A DNA stretch of 64,000 nt, from NCBI GenBank assembly GCA_045837725.1, contig JBEWZL010000300.1, forward strand, positions 496,001-560,000. Reading direction: 5' to 3'. This document shows positions 63,281 through 64,000 of the stretch, one piece after another. How positions within the stretch are numbered: position 1 is the stretch's first letter; each line of letters opens with the position of its first letter. A program made the position numbers and the translations under genes. The notes under the pieces are model-generated. The model worked only from the letters and a program-made list of their open reading frames with translations. It did no database searches and was not told where the DNA came from. This DNA comes from Vermamoeba vermiformis. Its lineage: Eukaryota.

Positions 63281-64000
63281 ATGGAGCGACTAGAGGAACA
63301 ATTTTCGACCATCTTTCAAGATTTGTGCTTGATGGTCAATTTGGTGACTGAGTTCTTCGAGGAGCTCGTGCGAGATTCAGAAGATGTTACTTCACAATAT
63401 AATCAAGCGAAGAATAATATATTGGCTCAACTTGCCGACATCAAAAAAGTTTTTAGGATGCAGCCCAACCCTGACTTAAAACGGGCTGGAAAAACGGTAA
63501 GCAATATTTTATAATATTTATAATAATATTTTAAGCAAAATCTCGACGGTAACTCTTGCATAAAGTACGCAAGATTTTTTGAATCCTACCGTTGTACCCG
63601 ACAAAATTTTATCGTGAACTCGAGCACTAATATGACCAATACATCTATATTAATATTCTATTTCGTATTAAATCACAAAGTCTCGTTTCGGGCTTTTTTC
63701 TTGTTAGATTTACTTCACCAGCAATTCTAATGAAGCTGTATTACCTCACAATATTCTACGGTAAATCTAATATTACAATATTATATTTAGTTCGTTTCGA
63801 ATGTAGAAGCTTTCGTGCAGAATATTCAAGAGCATTTAGATCTGATCGACATCCCTACCGACTTTACCTCTTCGACTATGAACCAGTATTTAACATCTAT
63901 CGATATATCCATTAAAAATTGCGTGTCTCTTATTAGTGGACGAGGCGTAAGTATCTATTTAAAGGAGATCTCGGATCGCAACCTTGCGTAATCTTTTTGA
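63281..64000 (+). CDS. Partial multi-exon hypothetical protein (runs off the window)
   Basis: ATG 63281, helical exon MERLEEQFSTIFQDL..., donor GTAAGC at about 63497 and further small exons; no family recognised. Confidence 0.5.

Overview
Gene-dense eukaryotic genomic DNA with many short GT-AG introns (mostly about 45-65 nt), so the ORF track shows exon fragments and I spliced the gene models by eye. A cortexillin gene points to an amoebozoan (inference; species not determined). I can support about 21 protein-coding genes and 5 tRNA genes. All five tRNAs lie inside two unusually long introns of protein-coding genes. The most notable feature is a bacterial-type alpha-2-macroglobulin (25754-33169, minus strand). 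It has no signal peptide, keeps the thioester motif (CSEQ), and carries a complete 76-aa ubiquitin-like domain ending LRLRG-D exactly in its bait region. This is a candidate intracellular trap or decoy for ubiquitin-attacking enzymes. It sits head-to-head with a second bacterial-like gene (DUF6935-like). Other items of note: a BTB-BACK-Arf fusion with an altered G3 motif, a pseudo-RhoGAP fused to a Rubicon-homology-like region, two mucin-stalked GPI-type surface paralogues with patchwork identity (one frameshifted), two genes sharing a duplicated promoter and first exon, and a coiled-coil repeat gene with compensating frameshifts. All family assignments come from motif recall, not database searches.
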